Part shown: in pieces, positions 10,283 to 20,840 of the stretch
Position numbering within the stretch: the first letter of the stretch is position 1
Layout of the letters: each line of letters begins with the position of its first letter
NCBI GenBank assembly: GCA_963843555.1
Contig: CAWJKV010000002.1
Coordinates: 128,001-192,000, forward strand
Length of the DNA: 64,000 bases
Origin: an uncultured Methanosarcinales archaeon
GTDB taxonomy: Archaea; Halobacteriota; Methanosarcinia; Methanotrichales; Methanotrichaceae
Direction of reading: 5' to 3'
The notes under the pieces: model-generated
What the model saw: the letters and a program-made list of their open reading frames with translations, nothing else
What the model was told of the DNA's origin: nothing
The model's database searches: none
Made by a program: the position numbers and the translations under genes

Positions 10283-11656
10283 ATGAATAAAATACTGCAA
10301 GACCTTATGGAAATCGCAGGCGATAGAGTATCAGCCTCGCTTGCAGAGAGATACTGCTATTCCTGCGATGCATCGCAGATCGTCGGTCTGCCCGATTTTG
10401 TCGTGCGCCCGGAGAGCACGAGCCAGGTCTCCCGCCTGATCCGCCTATGCAGCGAACGCCAGATCCCCGTGACTGCACGGGGAGCCGGCACCGGCCTTGC
10501 AGGAGGTGCATCCCCGGTTTTGGGCGGAATCGTCCTGGACATGTCTGGCATGAACCGGATATTGGAGATCGATATCGAAAATCAACAGGTGATAGTCGAG
10601 CCTGGTGTGGTGCATGAAAAGCTCAATTTGGCACTCAAGCCCTATGGATTCTTCTTCCCGCCCGATCCGGGAAGCAGCGCCATGTGCACCATCGGAGGAA
10701 TGATCTCATACAATAGCAGCGGCATGCGCTCGGTCAAGTATGGAACTGTGCGCAATTATGTCCTTGATCTGGAGGTGGTGCTGGCAGACGGTCGCGTGAT
10801 TCATACCGGCTCGAGGGTTCTCAAGTCCGCAGCAGGATACGACCTCACGCGCCTCTTTACGGGGTCGGAGGGAACTCTGGGTATCATCACCCGAGCCGGC
10901 CTGAAGATCGCTCCCCTGCCAAAGACAAGGATTCTGGTGCTGGCCTGCTTCGAAGAGGCCGAAGTCGCAGGACAGGCTGTGATAAAGATTTTTTCCAGTG
11001 GCATCACCCCCTCGGCCTGCGAGATCCTGGATAAGACCACCTTGCAAGTCCTGAAGCTATGCGACCCGGACATTGCACTGCCTGATGATGGAGATGTGAT
11101 CTTATTCGAGGTGGACGGAACAGAAGTCTCAACAGCTGAGGCTGCTATGCAGATCTCTGAGATTTGCCGCCCTATGGCAAAGAGCGTAAGGGTTGCATCC
11201 GGTCCGGAGATGGAGCCCATTTGGGCCGCCAGAAGATTGGTGGGCGCCGCAATCTCCCGGCTGGATCCTAATAAGACCCGCATCTACATGGGCGAGGATG
11301 TGGGTGTGCCCTTAAAACAGATTCCCGCTATGATCCGGAAAGTGCAGCAGATTACGACCAATCTCGGTATTCCTGCCATGAAATATGGCCATATCGGAGA
11401 CGGAAATCTGCATGTAGCACTCTTCATCGATGTTGAAGATAAAGATCAATGGGATAAGGTCCGGCTCGCCGCAGATAGGATTCATAAAGCTGCGATCGAG
11501 CTGGGCGGAACAGTAAGCTCTGAGCACGGCATAGGCCTTGCCCGGGCAGAGTACTTACAGGAACAATTAGGCATTGAGGCGCTGCAAGTGATGCAATCCA
11601 TCAAAAAAGCCCTGGACCCGAAAGGCATCCTGAATCCCGGAAAGATGGGGCTGTGA
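10283..11656 (+). CDS. FAD-linked oxidoreductase, GlcD/D-lactate dehydrogenase-like
   Basis: RGAGTGLAGG, PPDPGS, GYDLTRLFTGSEGTLG, GHIGDGNLH, EHGIG, DPKGILNPGK. Confidence 0.92.
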   Translation: MNKILQDLMEIAGDRVSASLAERYCYSCDASQIVGLPDFVVRPESTSQVSRLIRLCSERQIPVTARGAGTGLAGGASPVLGGIVLDMSGMNRILEIDIENQQVIVEPGVVHEKLNLALKPYGFFFPPDPGSSAMCTIGGMISYNSSGMRSVKYGTVRNYVLDLEVVLADGRVIHTGSRVLKSAAGYDLTRLFTGSEGTLGIITRAGLKIAPLPKTRILVLACFEEAEVAGQAVIKIFSSGITPSACEILDKTTLQVLKLCDPDIALPDDGDVILFEVDGTEVSTAEAAMQISEICRPMAKSVRVASGPEMEPIWAARRLVGAAISRLDPNKTRIYMGEDVGVPLKQIPAMIRKVQQITTNLGIPAMKYGHIGDGNLHVALFIDVEDKDQWDKVRLAADRIHKAAIELGGTVSSEHGIGLARAEYLQEQLGIEALQVMQSIKKALDPKGILNPGKMGL

Positions 11657-11660
11657 TGAA

Positions 11661-12714
11661 ATGAGGTCTCAAATTTAAAGGCGTCGATCAATGCGTTCGC
11701 TGTGGAACATGTCGCACATTCTGTCCTGTCTTCGAAGAGTCCGGCTGGGAGTCTGCCAACACCAGAGGGCGCATTATGGTCATAAAGGGCCTATCCTCCG
11801 GATTGCCAGCCGACAAAGACGTCCTGGATAGTCTGAATACCTGCACCACTTGCGGGATATGCACGGAAAACTGCCCGGCAGGTGTTAATCCCCCCGATCT
11901 GATAGAGAATGCCAGGAGAGAGCTCGTCTCTGCCGGTATAATGACCCGTGAGCAAGCAGATCTCAGCAAAAATATATTCGAGAGCGGCAACACATTTGGA
12001 GATCCACGAGACAGATTGTCGTGGCTCCAGGATAGGAGCCTCTTGAAGGAGAAGGCGGAATACGTCTACTTTGCGGGCTGCATGAACTCCTACCGCAACA
12101 CTGAGACCGCGGCTCGCACTTTTGCTCTATTAAGCCGCTTTGGAGCGACTCTGCTTCCTGCAGAGCAGTGCTGCGGCTCACCATTGCTTCGTACGGGCTT
12201 TGATGCCCGCCGATTTGTGGACGAAAACTCGAGGCAGATAGAGGAAATAGGAGCCGGGACAGTGATCACAGGCTGCGCGGGCTGCTATACGACTCTTAAG
12301 AAGAATTATGCAGGGAAATTCCAGGTTGTGAGCGTCTCCGAGTTTTTGGCAGAGCATATCTCAGAGCTAAATATAAAGCCGCTCGACCTGACGGTAACCT
12401 ATCACGATCCCTGCCATCTGGGCCGGCATAACGAAATCTATGAGCAGCCACGCCGGGTAATCGAGGCTATCTGCCGCCTTAAGGAGATGAAGACCAGCGG
12501 CAAGGCCGCCAGATGCTGCGGAGGAGGCGGAGGCGTGCGGGCCGGTTACAGAGATCTGTCCCTGCAAATGGCCAGGAGACGGCTGCAGGACGTCCCGGAT
12601 GAAGTTGACTATATAGTCACCTCTTGTCCTCTCTGCATCAGGAATCTGAGAGACGCAGGCGCTGGAGAGAAGGTGATCGACCTGGTGGATCTTGTAGCCA
12701 GAGCTATTCAATGA
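11661..12714 (+). CDS. Fe-S oxidoreductase, GlcF/HdrD-like (4Fe-4S dicluster plus two CCG domains); probable 1-nt indel at the 5' end
   Basis: The frame extends upstream of 11776 through CVRCGTCRTFCP, followed by CTTCGICTENCP, CCG, YHDPCHLGR and CCGGGGG. ATG at 11661 is in frame if one G at ~11665 is removed. Confidence 0.88.
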
Positions 12715-12771
12715 GAATGCCCAATTGGAGCGCTTTTGGGAAATTCAATCTATCGCCAAAAGGAGAATCCT

Positions 12772-13608
12772 TTAAAATTTTCTGTAAAATACTTCCGGGC
12801 TCCTGGATAGCGGAGCCATCCTGAATCCCTCGAAACCTCGTTTCAAGAGATCTATCTGTCCTTCTATATCGGAGCAGCTGATTTTGATTTCGTCTTCCAA
12901 AGAGCCTCCCCCAATACTCATGTTGGAATCGGTATTAGTAACAGTACTGGTGCCAACATAACTAGTGGCCCTATTGGCGCCAGCACCTGCGCCCGAAGGA
13001 CACAAAATGTCCTTGTACATGATATATCTCCACCATCCCTCAAATTTGGGAATTAAACCCCTTATCACAAATCCACAGGACATAATGTTTGCCAGACTTA
13101 TGGGATTTCTTGGAGATACTGTGCAGCAGACGTGATTGTATCCCATTTTCTCCAACTCATCCAGATGCGCTCTTGCCAGCTTTTGTTGCAGACCATTGCC
13201 GCGAAAGAGAGGATGGACGGCCGTGGCCTGAAGATGGGCAACCTTAATATGCTCTTCTTTTGCCAGCTTAATATCCCTGCCCAGATTATCCTCTGCCAGC
13301 CCGGGAATGCGAATAATGCTATATGCGACCAACCCATCATCGGTCGCAACTCCTATTACGGAATGCTCTGACTGGAAGATATCCTTGAAGTCTTTTTTGC
13401 TATGCAACCTGAAAATCTCGGGCTCTGGGAGGTTTTTCCCTATCAGATTTTGCAGGCTCATCAATTCATGCAAAGAGTCTTTGTCCAGGAATTTCATCTC
13501 GTATCGACAATCATCTCTATCAAATTCGCTTCCACTGGAGAGCTTTTTTCTATTTCGCCGGATATCGCCCGAATCAATCAGACCACTCATCCATTCACCT
13601 CTAATCAT
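12772..13608 (-). CDS. GNAT family N-acetyltransferase
   Basis: Acetyl-CoA motif AVHPLFRGNGLQQKL; TVSPRNPISL. Confidence 0.8.
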   Translation of the reverse strand: MIRGEWMSGLIDSGDIRRNRKKLSSGSEFDRDDCRYEMKFLDKDSLHELMSLQNLIGKNLPEPEIFRLHSKKDFKDIFQSEHSVIGVATDDGLVAYSIIRIPGLAEDNLGRDIKLAKEEHIKVAHLQATAVHPLFRGNGLQQKLARAHLDELEKMGYNHVCCTVSPRNPISLANIMSCGFVIRGLIPKFEGWWRYIMYKDILCPSGAGAGANRATSYVGTSTVTNTDSNMSIGGGSLEDEIKISCSDIEGQIDLLKRGFEGFRMAPLSRSPEVFYRKF

Positions 13609-14343
13609 CGAGCTCTTTCCACCAGGATAAGGGCTTGACGGCTCCAGACAGGTAAACTTTATGCTCCCTCGTCTTCCTATGCAAACCTCTTCTCACCAGT
13701 ATTTGCATATTTTGCAGAAAACTATATAAGCAAGATCTGCTTACGGGATGGCCCGTGCATAATCCGGAGATAACTACCGAGACAATAATCACCATCACAG
13801 GGCTTTTTGGGGCCATTTTGCTTCTCCTGCATGTCGTGGTCTTTAGATGATATTCATTGATAAAGCAAGCTAACAGCCTGAGGTCTTACCGATAAATTTA
13901 GCGAGTGTTCCAGCCATCATGAGCCTAAACTAGAAAAACGTCCGGGGCCTTAAATATTGGGCAAAAAGTAAAAGATGAACAATTGTGAGAAAGAAGGATA
14001 GTAAAAAGTGGGCGGAAATTTCAGGAAGGAGGACTTGGACCTGAAAATCCACCGCTGGGCAAATTTTTATCAATGTTATCTCGTGATGTTCATCATTATT
14101 CCTTTCTATACGGATAAAAGGCTTCATTGGATTTAACTCTTTCGGTATATTAAGTAAGTGTATTTTGGGATCAATCTGATTATAATATTGATCAAAAAAA
14201 CCGGTTGAATGGGCGAAGAGTAGATGTAGCAGCATTCTCAGATTGATATCTGAAAGTGCAGGAGGCTTGGCAGCAATTGCAGATCATTGTGTCTCATCTC
14301 TTATCTCATCTCAGGCGGATGTTATCAACCGGCAGGTGCTGAA

Positions 14344-16252
14344 ATGATCGCGGGTGAAGATGCCGATTATGAAAAGGCCATGGATGTGTGCGAGAGGATG
14401 CTGGCCTTTGAGATGGATGATCTGCAGAGAAGCAACATTCAGAGAAAGATGGGCGACACCTGCCTTGAGATCTTCAGGCATGATAAGAATCTGGAGACGT
14501 GCGAACGTGCCATTCAGGCCTACAACGAAGCTCTCTTGGTCTACACATCAGATCGTTATCCAAATCTTCGCGCCAGGACTATGAGAAGCCTGGGCTCTGC
14601 CTATGAGGCCCGGGCTGACCTTGGGGATCGAATAGAAAACCTCAAGCGTGCCATCAATTCATGGCAGGAATCTCTTATCTTCTTTTCCGAGGCTAACGCT
14701 CCCGAGGACTATGCAGCTCTTCAGGATGACCTGGGTTCGGCATTTCGCAAGCTGGCGGAATGCGAGAATGGATTGGAAAACGGCAATAAAGCAATTCGGG
14801 CATGCAAAAATGCCCTCCGCATCTATGACCAGAGAGACCGCCCTCAGGAATTCGCGAGAGTTTTGACCAACCTGGGAAGTGCATATCTGACACATGCCCA
14901 GTTTGCAAATCGGGCAGATAACTGCAAGAATGCGATCATGTCGTATCAGAAAGCTCTGCAAGTTTATGTCCCTGATCGCTTTCCTGAGCAGTACGCGACG
15001 GTGAAAAACAATCTGGCAATAGCCTATCTCTCCCTCTCCGAAGCAGAGGACAAAGCAGAGAATTGCAGGCGTGCCCTACAGTCTTGCGGCGATTCCCTCC
15101 TTATCAGAACGCCCAAGAGCCAGCCAGACGCATATGCCGCTACCCAGAACAACCTGGGAAATGCATGCCTCGCCCTGGCCGAAGAAGAAGAGGGCCTGGA
15201 GAACTGCCAGCGCGCACTGGAGGCTTACAAGAATGCTCTGCAGATATATTCTCTGGAAAATTTCCCAAAACAATATGCAACAACGCAAAACAATTTGGGA
15301 AATGTATATCTTACAATGGGCCAGAGCGAGGATTGGCCAATGCAATTGCATGAAGGCCATTCATGCCGCTCAAGAGGCATTGAGGGTCTTTAAGCCGGAG
15401 GATTCGCCCGAGGACTACGCTGAAGCCCAGGGAACCCTGTGGCTTGCCTATCTTACATTAGCTGAGATCGAATACCGGGCCGGGAACTGTCTGCTCGCCC
15501 TGGAGGCCTGCCAGGAAAGGCTGCGTGTTTACAGCGCCGACAATCAGCCATTGCAGTATGCTTCCTGCCAGAAAGACATGGCCATCACCTGCAGTATGCT
15601 GGCAGATACTGAAGTCTCGGCCGAGGCTAAAGCCATTGACTGCAAGAAGGGGGTGAATGCGGCTCTAGAGGCCCTGCGGATCTACAGTGAAAAAGACCAT
15701 GCCGAGGAGCACGCTGAAGCGCAGATCCTGCTCTGGGCGGCGTATTCAGCTCTGGCAGAGGTAGAGGATAGGCAAGAGAACTGCCAGAAAGCCATCGATG
15801 CAAGTTTGGTAGCCATTCGAATCTATGATAAAATAAGCCCCGCAGAGCACGCAGACGCTCTGAAGAATCTTGGTTACAGCTTCATCACTATGGCAGAGAT
15901 TGTGGACAAGGCGGCGAATTGCAGAAAAGCCATCGAAGCCTACGAGAAGGCCCTGCAATATCACACCCAGGAGAGGGCGCCTCTGGAGGCGGCTGATATC
16001 TTGCGGGATCAGGCCTTTGCTTATTTTACTTTATCTGAAGTGGAGGATAGAGAAGAATGCGGCAAAAAAGCGCTCAAGGCCTACAAGAAGGCCTTCAAGA
16101 TCTACAAGGGAATGGCTGCGAAGCTCGAGGAGGCAGACGAATCGGCTGCCAACGAATTGCGAGGTCTGGCGGAAAAATGTCACCGTTCCCTGGAATCATG
16201 CAAAGCCATTCTTAAGGCCGGCCGGAAGGCCAGGCATGATAAGCGTATCTAG
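14344..16252 (+). CDS. Tetratricopeptide-repeat protein; frameshift near 15335
   Basis: Repeated YAxTxNNLGxAYxxL...NCxxAIxAYxxAL units continue across ORFs 14287..15393 and 15071..16252. Confidence 0.85.
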
Positions 16253-16266
16253 GCGAGGTCGGGAAA

Positions 16267-16779
16267 TTGATGGATTTGACGGATGAGCAAAAGATAGAGT
16301 ATTTCCGCAGGTCCTACACGGCTGTCGATGGTCTGTGGTTCATGATGAATGAGGAGAAGTACGGTTTTGAGGCGGCGCTGCAGATGGATGAAGCTGTCTG
16401 GAAGGTTCTGCCCAAGATTCAGGCTCGCACCATAAAGGCTATGATGAACCTTGAAAGCGGCCTGCAGGGGCTGCAGGAGGCAGTCGCCGTACGTCTCCGC
16501 CTGGAGGGCTTTGAGTATGAGCTGAACGGCCAGGAGGACGGCTTTCAGATAATTGTCAAAAGATGCCCCTGGCATGACATGATGACCAAGTCCGGCCGGC
16601 AGGAGTTGTCGGAAAAGGTAAGCGACCTCATCTGCCGGGTGGAAAATTCGGTATGGTCTTCAGAGTTCGAGGATACAGATGCAAATTTAGGGGAAATTAA
16701 GTTCGAGCGAAGGGATCGGATATGCGAAGGAAGTAGCAGATGCGAGCTTCTGTTTTGCAGACAGGCAAAAAGAGACTAA
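16267..16779 (+). CDS. DUF6125-like conserved hypothetical protein
   Basis: AVDGLWF..EEKYG.EAALQMDEAVW, CPW and C-terminal Cys pattern. Confidence 0.65.
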   Translation: MMDLTDEQKIEYFRRSYTAVDGLWFMMNEEKYGFEAALQMDEAVWKVLPKIQARTIKAMMNLESGLQGLQEAVAVRLRLEGFEYELNGQEDGFQIIVKRCPWHDMMTKSGRQELSEKVSDLICRVENSVWSSEFEDTDANLGEIKFERRDRICEGSSRCELLFCRQAKRD

Positions 16780-16849
16780 TCCCAAACTAAAATTGCTTCC
16801 AGGTAGGCTCCCTGCCCTGAGCTTCTGAAGCGGACTCTTTTCCTGATGC

Positions 16850-17266
16850 TTATTTTGTATCATCGAATCCAATTTTATTATGCGTCCCGTCGCAGAAGGG
16901 CTTTTTCTTGGAGGCGCCGCATCTGCAGAGAGAATACGGCCCATGTCTTGCCGCTTCTTTGCCCTCCTGATCGGTCAAAACGCAGACGCCATCCACAAGC
17001 AGTGGGCCATTCTTCACGACCTTGATCTCTGCTGAGGGCTTCTCGGTTTCTTCAACCAATCCCGCCTTCTCGTATGTCAGAGCCCCGGAAGGGCATCTAT
17101 CAATGACTTTCGTGATCTCTTCTGAGCTCGCACCTTTCATATTTACCCATGGCGTTCTTTCATGGCTGAATACCTGGGGTAGACCTTTCACGCACTCCCT
17201 GGCATGTATGCATTTTTCCGGGTTCCAAAAGACTGTTAGCTCTCCATTGGTATATTTTTTCATCAT
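16850..17266 (-). CDS. Divergent 4Fe-4S domain plus CDGSH Fe-S domain protein
   Basis: CIHARECV...CPSGAL and LCRCGASKKKPFCDGTH. Confidence 0.88.
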   Translation of the reverse strand: MMKKYTNGELTVFWNPEKCIHARECVKGLPQVFSHERTPWVNMKGASSEEITKVIDRCPSGALTYEKAGLVEETEKPSAEIKVVKNGPLLVDGVCVLTDQEGKEAARHGPYSLCRCGASKKKPFCDGTHNKIGFDDTK

Positions 17267-17384
17267 AGTCGTATGAGTTTTCTTTCTACTAAGATTTTCT
17301 GCTATCGATGTCGATAAAAGAATCTATATATCTTGAGCCCTTAAATTGGAGCTTAGTTTACATCATCTTGTGGGAGGAAGATTT

Positions 17385-17825
17385 ATGGGATTTATAAGTG
17401 AGTTTAAGGATTTCGCCATGAAGGGCAACGTCCTCGACATGGCAATTGGTATTATTATAGGCGTCGCCTTTGGAGCCATAGTCGCTTCGCTGGTGAAAGA
17501 CATAGTCATGCCGCCTATTGGAATGCTTCTGGGCGGAGTGAATTTTGCCGACCTCTTTATATCTCTGGATGGAAAAACCTATGCTTCCCTGGCAGCGGCT
17601 GAGGCGGCTGGTGCGCCCACCATCAATTATGGTGTCTTCATAAACACAATTATCAACTTCCTCATTGTGGCATTAGCGATATTCATACTCGTCCGTCAGG
17701 TAAACGCCGCCAAGAAAAAACCTACTCCACCAGAGGAAAACACAAAGGAATGCCCTTACTGCAAAGAGACCATCACGAAGACCGCAATCAAATGCTCGCA
17801 CTGCACAGCGGATCTGACCGGGTAA
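17385..17825 (+). CDS. mscL: Large-conductance mechanosensitive channel with a C-terminal Zn ribbon
   Basis: EFKDFAMKGNVLDMAIGIIIG, YGVFINTIINF; tail CPYC...CSHC; GGAGG RBS before the ATG at 17385. Confidence 0.92.
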   Translation: MGFISEFKDFAMKGNVLDMAIGIIIGVAFGAIVASLVKDIVMPPIGMLLGGVNFADLFISLDGKTYASLAAAEAAGAPTINYGVFINTIINFLIVALAIFILVRQVNAAKKKPTPPEENTKECPYCKETITKTAIKCSHCTADLTG

Positions 17826-17905
17826 GAAGGCTCCACTCTTTTTTGTAATAAAGTAAGTGCAACTTTAGATGATGCCTGCTTACATCATATCGATTGATGC
17901 TTTCC

Positions 17906-18946
17906 CTATATTTTGCTGTAATACATTTCTGTCCTGTATATTGCCAGAAGAAGACCATAAAGCATCGGTCCGACGATAATGCCCACCATTCCCAGGACGA
18001 AGATCGGTGCAATAAATGACAATATAGTTAAGATTGGATGAATCTTTGCCGTTTTCAAGGCCAGCTGAGGCGCTATGATATTGGTGGGTATTAATGTGAT
18101 TCCTACTACTCCAAAAACCAGCAGGATAATGCTCGTTTGATAGTCATTGATCAGGAAGTAATAGATAGCCATGGGTATGTATACCCCTGGGGGCCCGGGA
18201 ATTGGAACCAGGGCGAAGATGGCCACCAATGTTCCCCAAACCAGGGGATTGGGTATACCTATCAGATAGAATCCTAGGGCTGCCACGCTGCCCGCAATTA
18301 TTGCCGTGCTGAAGAATACAGTAAAAAGCGTTGTGTATATTCCGTCCAGTTCTTTCAGAAAACGACGGAACATACCTCTCCTGGTTTCGGGAAGCAGTTG
18401 GACGGCATGCTCCAGAATATGTTTGCCGTCAATGAGCATGTAATATGTGAAGAATATCAACACAAGAGACCAAGCAAATAATATTGGTAAGCTGGAAACA
18501 AAGCCTGATAGCTGCGCTTGTGCAATTGGAGTTATTGTGAAGGCAATGGCTGCTGGAATATCGCCTATCCCTTTTACGTATGAAACAATCGGCTCTGGGA
18601 GGTTGCTGTCCATCCAGAGGAGGAAGTCATTTGAAATGCTGGAGAGCTGGATGGCTGACAGACTCCCTGAACTTTGCAGGTTCATTATCTCGACCAGGAG
18701 TACTCCTGATAGTCCAATGAGGACGGCGAGTATTATTGCGAAGACTATCAGCATGGAAGAGATGGACGATAGCCCTTCGTGCTTGGTGATCCGGAAAATA
18801 CCTGCATATACGGGCTTTAGCAGATAAATCAGGACTATGCTCAATAAGATTGGAGCAATGAAATCCTTTGTTACATAAATTGTGGCGACTAAAATCATCA
18901 GAACGGCGATATCCACGGCGATATCAAATCGCCCTCTGATCTCCAT
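17906..18946 (-). CDS. AI-2E (PerM) family transporter
   Basis: Multi-TM protein with FFTYYMLIDG, IHPILTILS and GIIVGP. Confidence 0.85.
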   Translation of the reverse strand: MEIRGRFDIAVDIAVLMILVATIYVTKDFIAPILLSIVLIYLLKPVYAGIFRITKHEGLSSISSMLIVFAIILAVLIGLSGVLLVEIMNLQSSGSLSAIQLSSISNDFLLWMDSNLPEPIVSYVKGIGDIPAAIAFTITPIAQAQLSGFVSSLPILFAWSLVLIFFTYYMLIDGKHILEHAVQLLPETRRGMFRRFLKELDGIYTTLFTVFFSTAIIAGSVAALGFYLIGIPNPLVWGTLVAIFALVPIPGPPGVYIPMAIYYFLINDYQTSIILLVFGVVGITLIPTNIIAPQLALKTAKIHPILTILSFIAPIFVLGMVGIIVGPMLYGLLLAIYRTEMYYSKI

Positions 18947-19109
18947 AAAACTAAGTTGTCATAATGATGAATAAGCTTTTCTCTTCAAGAGCTGAGAAAG
19001 GATAAAATAAATTTGTGGTAAGTGATAGAGTCACTCATTGGCAAATAGTAAAATCCGAAAGGAGAGGATCGAATGCTTTTCCCAGTAAGAATCCATTCAA
19101 AATCCCAAT

Positions 19110-19661
19110 ATGATCTATCAAACTTTGCAGGAAGAGACCAAGGCAAGGCCAGGACGCAAGGTCAAGATCATAAATTTGGGGCTGGAGCCGTGGGAAGGAA
19201 TAGAGATGGGGCTGGACCCTGAGAATTTGGTGCAGGATGAAAATAAGCAAAAAAAACGTAAGGCAGTGGGCGATTATATTCGAGCCAAAGATCCCGAGTA
19301 TGACGAATAGCTTCAAACCCATCGTATCGAGCTAAATGAGATGTCTACGCCTCAATTCCTGCAATGGTTAGACGATAAGATGAACGAGTATGGTCAGGGC
19401 AAGCTGATCGCACCCGATGACGTCATGGCAAACGAATTGCACGATAAGGCTCGCGAAAAACTGACGCAGAAATGGACCGATAGAATCCTGCGGGAGAATG
19501 ATCTTGAAGGGCAGGTGAAACGAGAGTATGATAGGCATAAGCCCACCCTCGATGAGATAGGCAAAGAACTGGCTAAGATTGTGACCGAATCACTGCAGAA
19601 GGAACCAGCTCAATCATGGCGCGATCCTGTAATCAAGATGGCGGAAGATGCGATCAAATAG
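19110..19661 (+). pseudogene. C-terminal remnant of a probable TOPRIM/topoisomerase VI-A-like protein
   Basis: ORFs 19110..19310 and 19341..19661 share a frame, split by one TAG (DE*LQTHRIELNEM). INLGL...RIELN is typical of this fold's C-terminus. The N-terminus is absent. Confidence 0.5.
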
Positions 19662-19769
19662 GCAGAAAATCCTTGGAAGAATAGACGACCTGAGAAGACC
19701 ATTTCTGGCATATCGATTTTGGGTAACCGGCAATGCGGTCTTCACGGGAAATACGAATATTATAACAGC

Positions 19770-19909
19770 ATGATAACAGCACGGCATCGATAAATCCACA
19801 TGAAGACGGGGTGATGATCATAGATCTTGGTCCAAATGATGGCAGAGTTATGGAGAGGATTGAGTTTTATAGGGTTCATAGGAGCATTTGGAGCGGAAAT
19901 CTATTGTAG
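19770..19909 (+). pseudogene. cas2: 3' remnant of cas2 (type I-G/I-U-like)
   Basis: From 19790 reads INPHEDGVMIIDLGPNDGRVMERIEF, with ERKSIV after a frameshift. Resembles the Cas2 C-terminus and lies just upstream of a leader and repeats. Confidence 0.6.
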
Positions 19910-20159
19910 AATGGTATCTTACCTAAAAGCCAGTGGTTCCGGGAGGTCTTGGTGGCCCAATGGCCAGTATTACGAAACTCCCGCGAAGACATACGCACAA
20001 TTTTAAAATTTATAGAAGGTATCGACGATCCGCGCTAAACCTGCGCATAGCGATACTGGTTTAGTAAAATTGCAGAAATCTAGAAAACATTAGGCAGTCG
20101 AATGGATCCGCGAATAACGCCGTTATTTCGATAACGGCAGTGGCCCAAAAATGACTGCC
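19910..20159 (+). promoter_or_regulatory. Putative CRISPR leader
   Basis: Non-coding ~250 bp between the cas2 remnant and the first repeat, with an AT-rich core and a repeated GATCCGCG motif. Confidence 0.5.
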
Positions 20160-20266
20160 CTATCCATTTCTGAAAAGAAGTGGCCCCATTGAAACTCTTC
20201 GCAAGAATCTATTTGCGCCTTGATTCTTAACTATCCATTTCTGAAAAGAAGTAGCCCAATTGAAAC
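20160..20266 (+). CRISPR. Orphan mini CRISPR array: two 36-bp repeats and one 35-bp spacer
   Basis: CTATCCATTTCTGAAAAGAAGTGGCCCCATTGAAAC (20160-20195) and a 2-mismatch copy (20231-20266). Internal stem CCATTTCT-GAAA-AGAAGTGG and an ATTGAAAC 3' end. Confidence 0.85.
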
Positions 20267-20370
20267 GGCATCCTTGCGGTCCCTGTTTTCCAGGTACACC
20301 TTGCCGATCAATGACTGAAATTAGAATAAATTTGGATTATATATATTCTCAGCCAAAACGGTACTATGAA

Positions 20371-20477
20371 TAAGTCATGATGACATATGGGAATCCTCTA
20401 TCAGCTGAAAGGTTCGTGAGAAAGGAAAGAAACAATATGAGAGTAAGTTATGATGACTGTATGGGAATCCTCTATCA
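20371..20477 (+). repeat. Imperfect ~33-bp direct repeat, two copies about 73 bp apart
   Basis: TAAGTCATGATGACATATGGGAATCCTCTATCA (20371) versus TAAGTTATGATGACTGTATGGGAATCCTCTATCA (20444). Confidence 0.8.
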
Positions 20478-20840
20478 AAGCAAATATATTTAGAGACCGC
20501 AAGAAAACAAAAGCTCAGTTTATCCCGGTAATTTATTCTTAACCTGCTGGGATACAAGTTTTGATCCAGGACGAGATTGAGAACAATCGGGAATTGTAGA
20601 GATGCCTTTGAGACCTTTGGTATCTCTGGCAGGATTAAGCATAATCAGCCGCCGAGTTCCAGGGCTTCCGGAACATCACCAGCCGATTGATCTTTCTCTG
20701 GCTGAGATCTCCCCCAGATCCTTTTTGAAGCGCCTCTAGAGAACCTGTAATTATCAATGTGAAGGAATATGAAGCAAGTAGCTCAGATAAGTTCAAATAG
20801 AATTCGCAACTATGATGATTAACTAGGCAGGGATATTGCT

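Noticed and set aside
11656..11664. ATG AAA TGA in frame with the GlcF-like gene, as possible selenocysteine or readthrough
   Set aside because: The position is not a Cys ligand, and a single extra G after the ATG at 11661 explains it in an indel-prone assembly.
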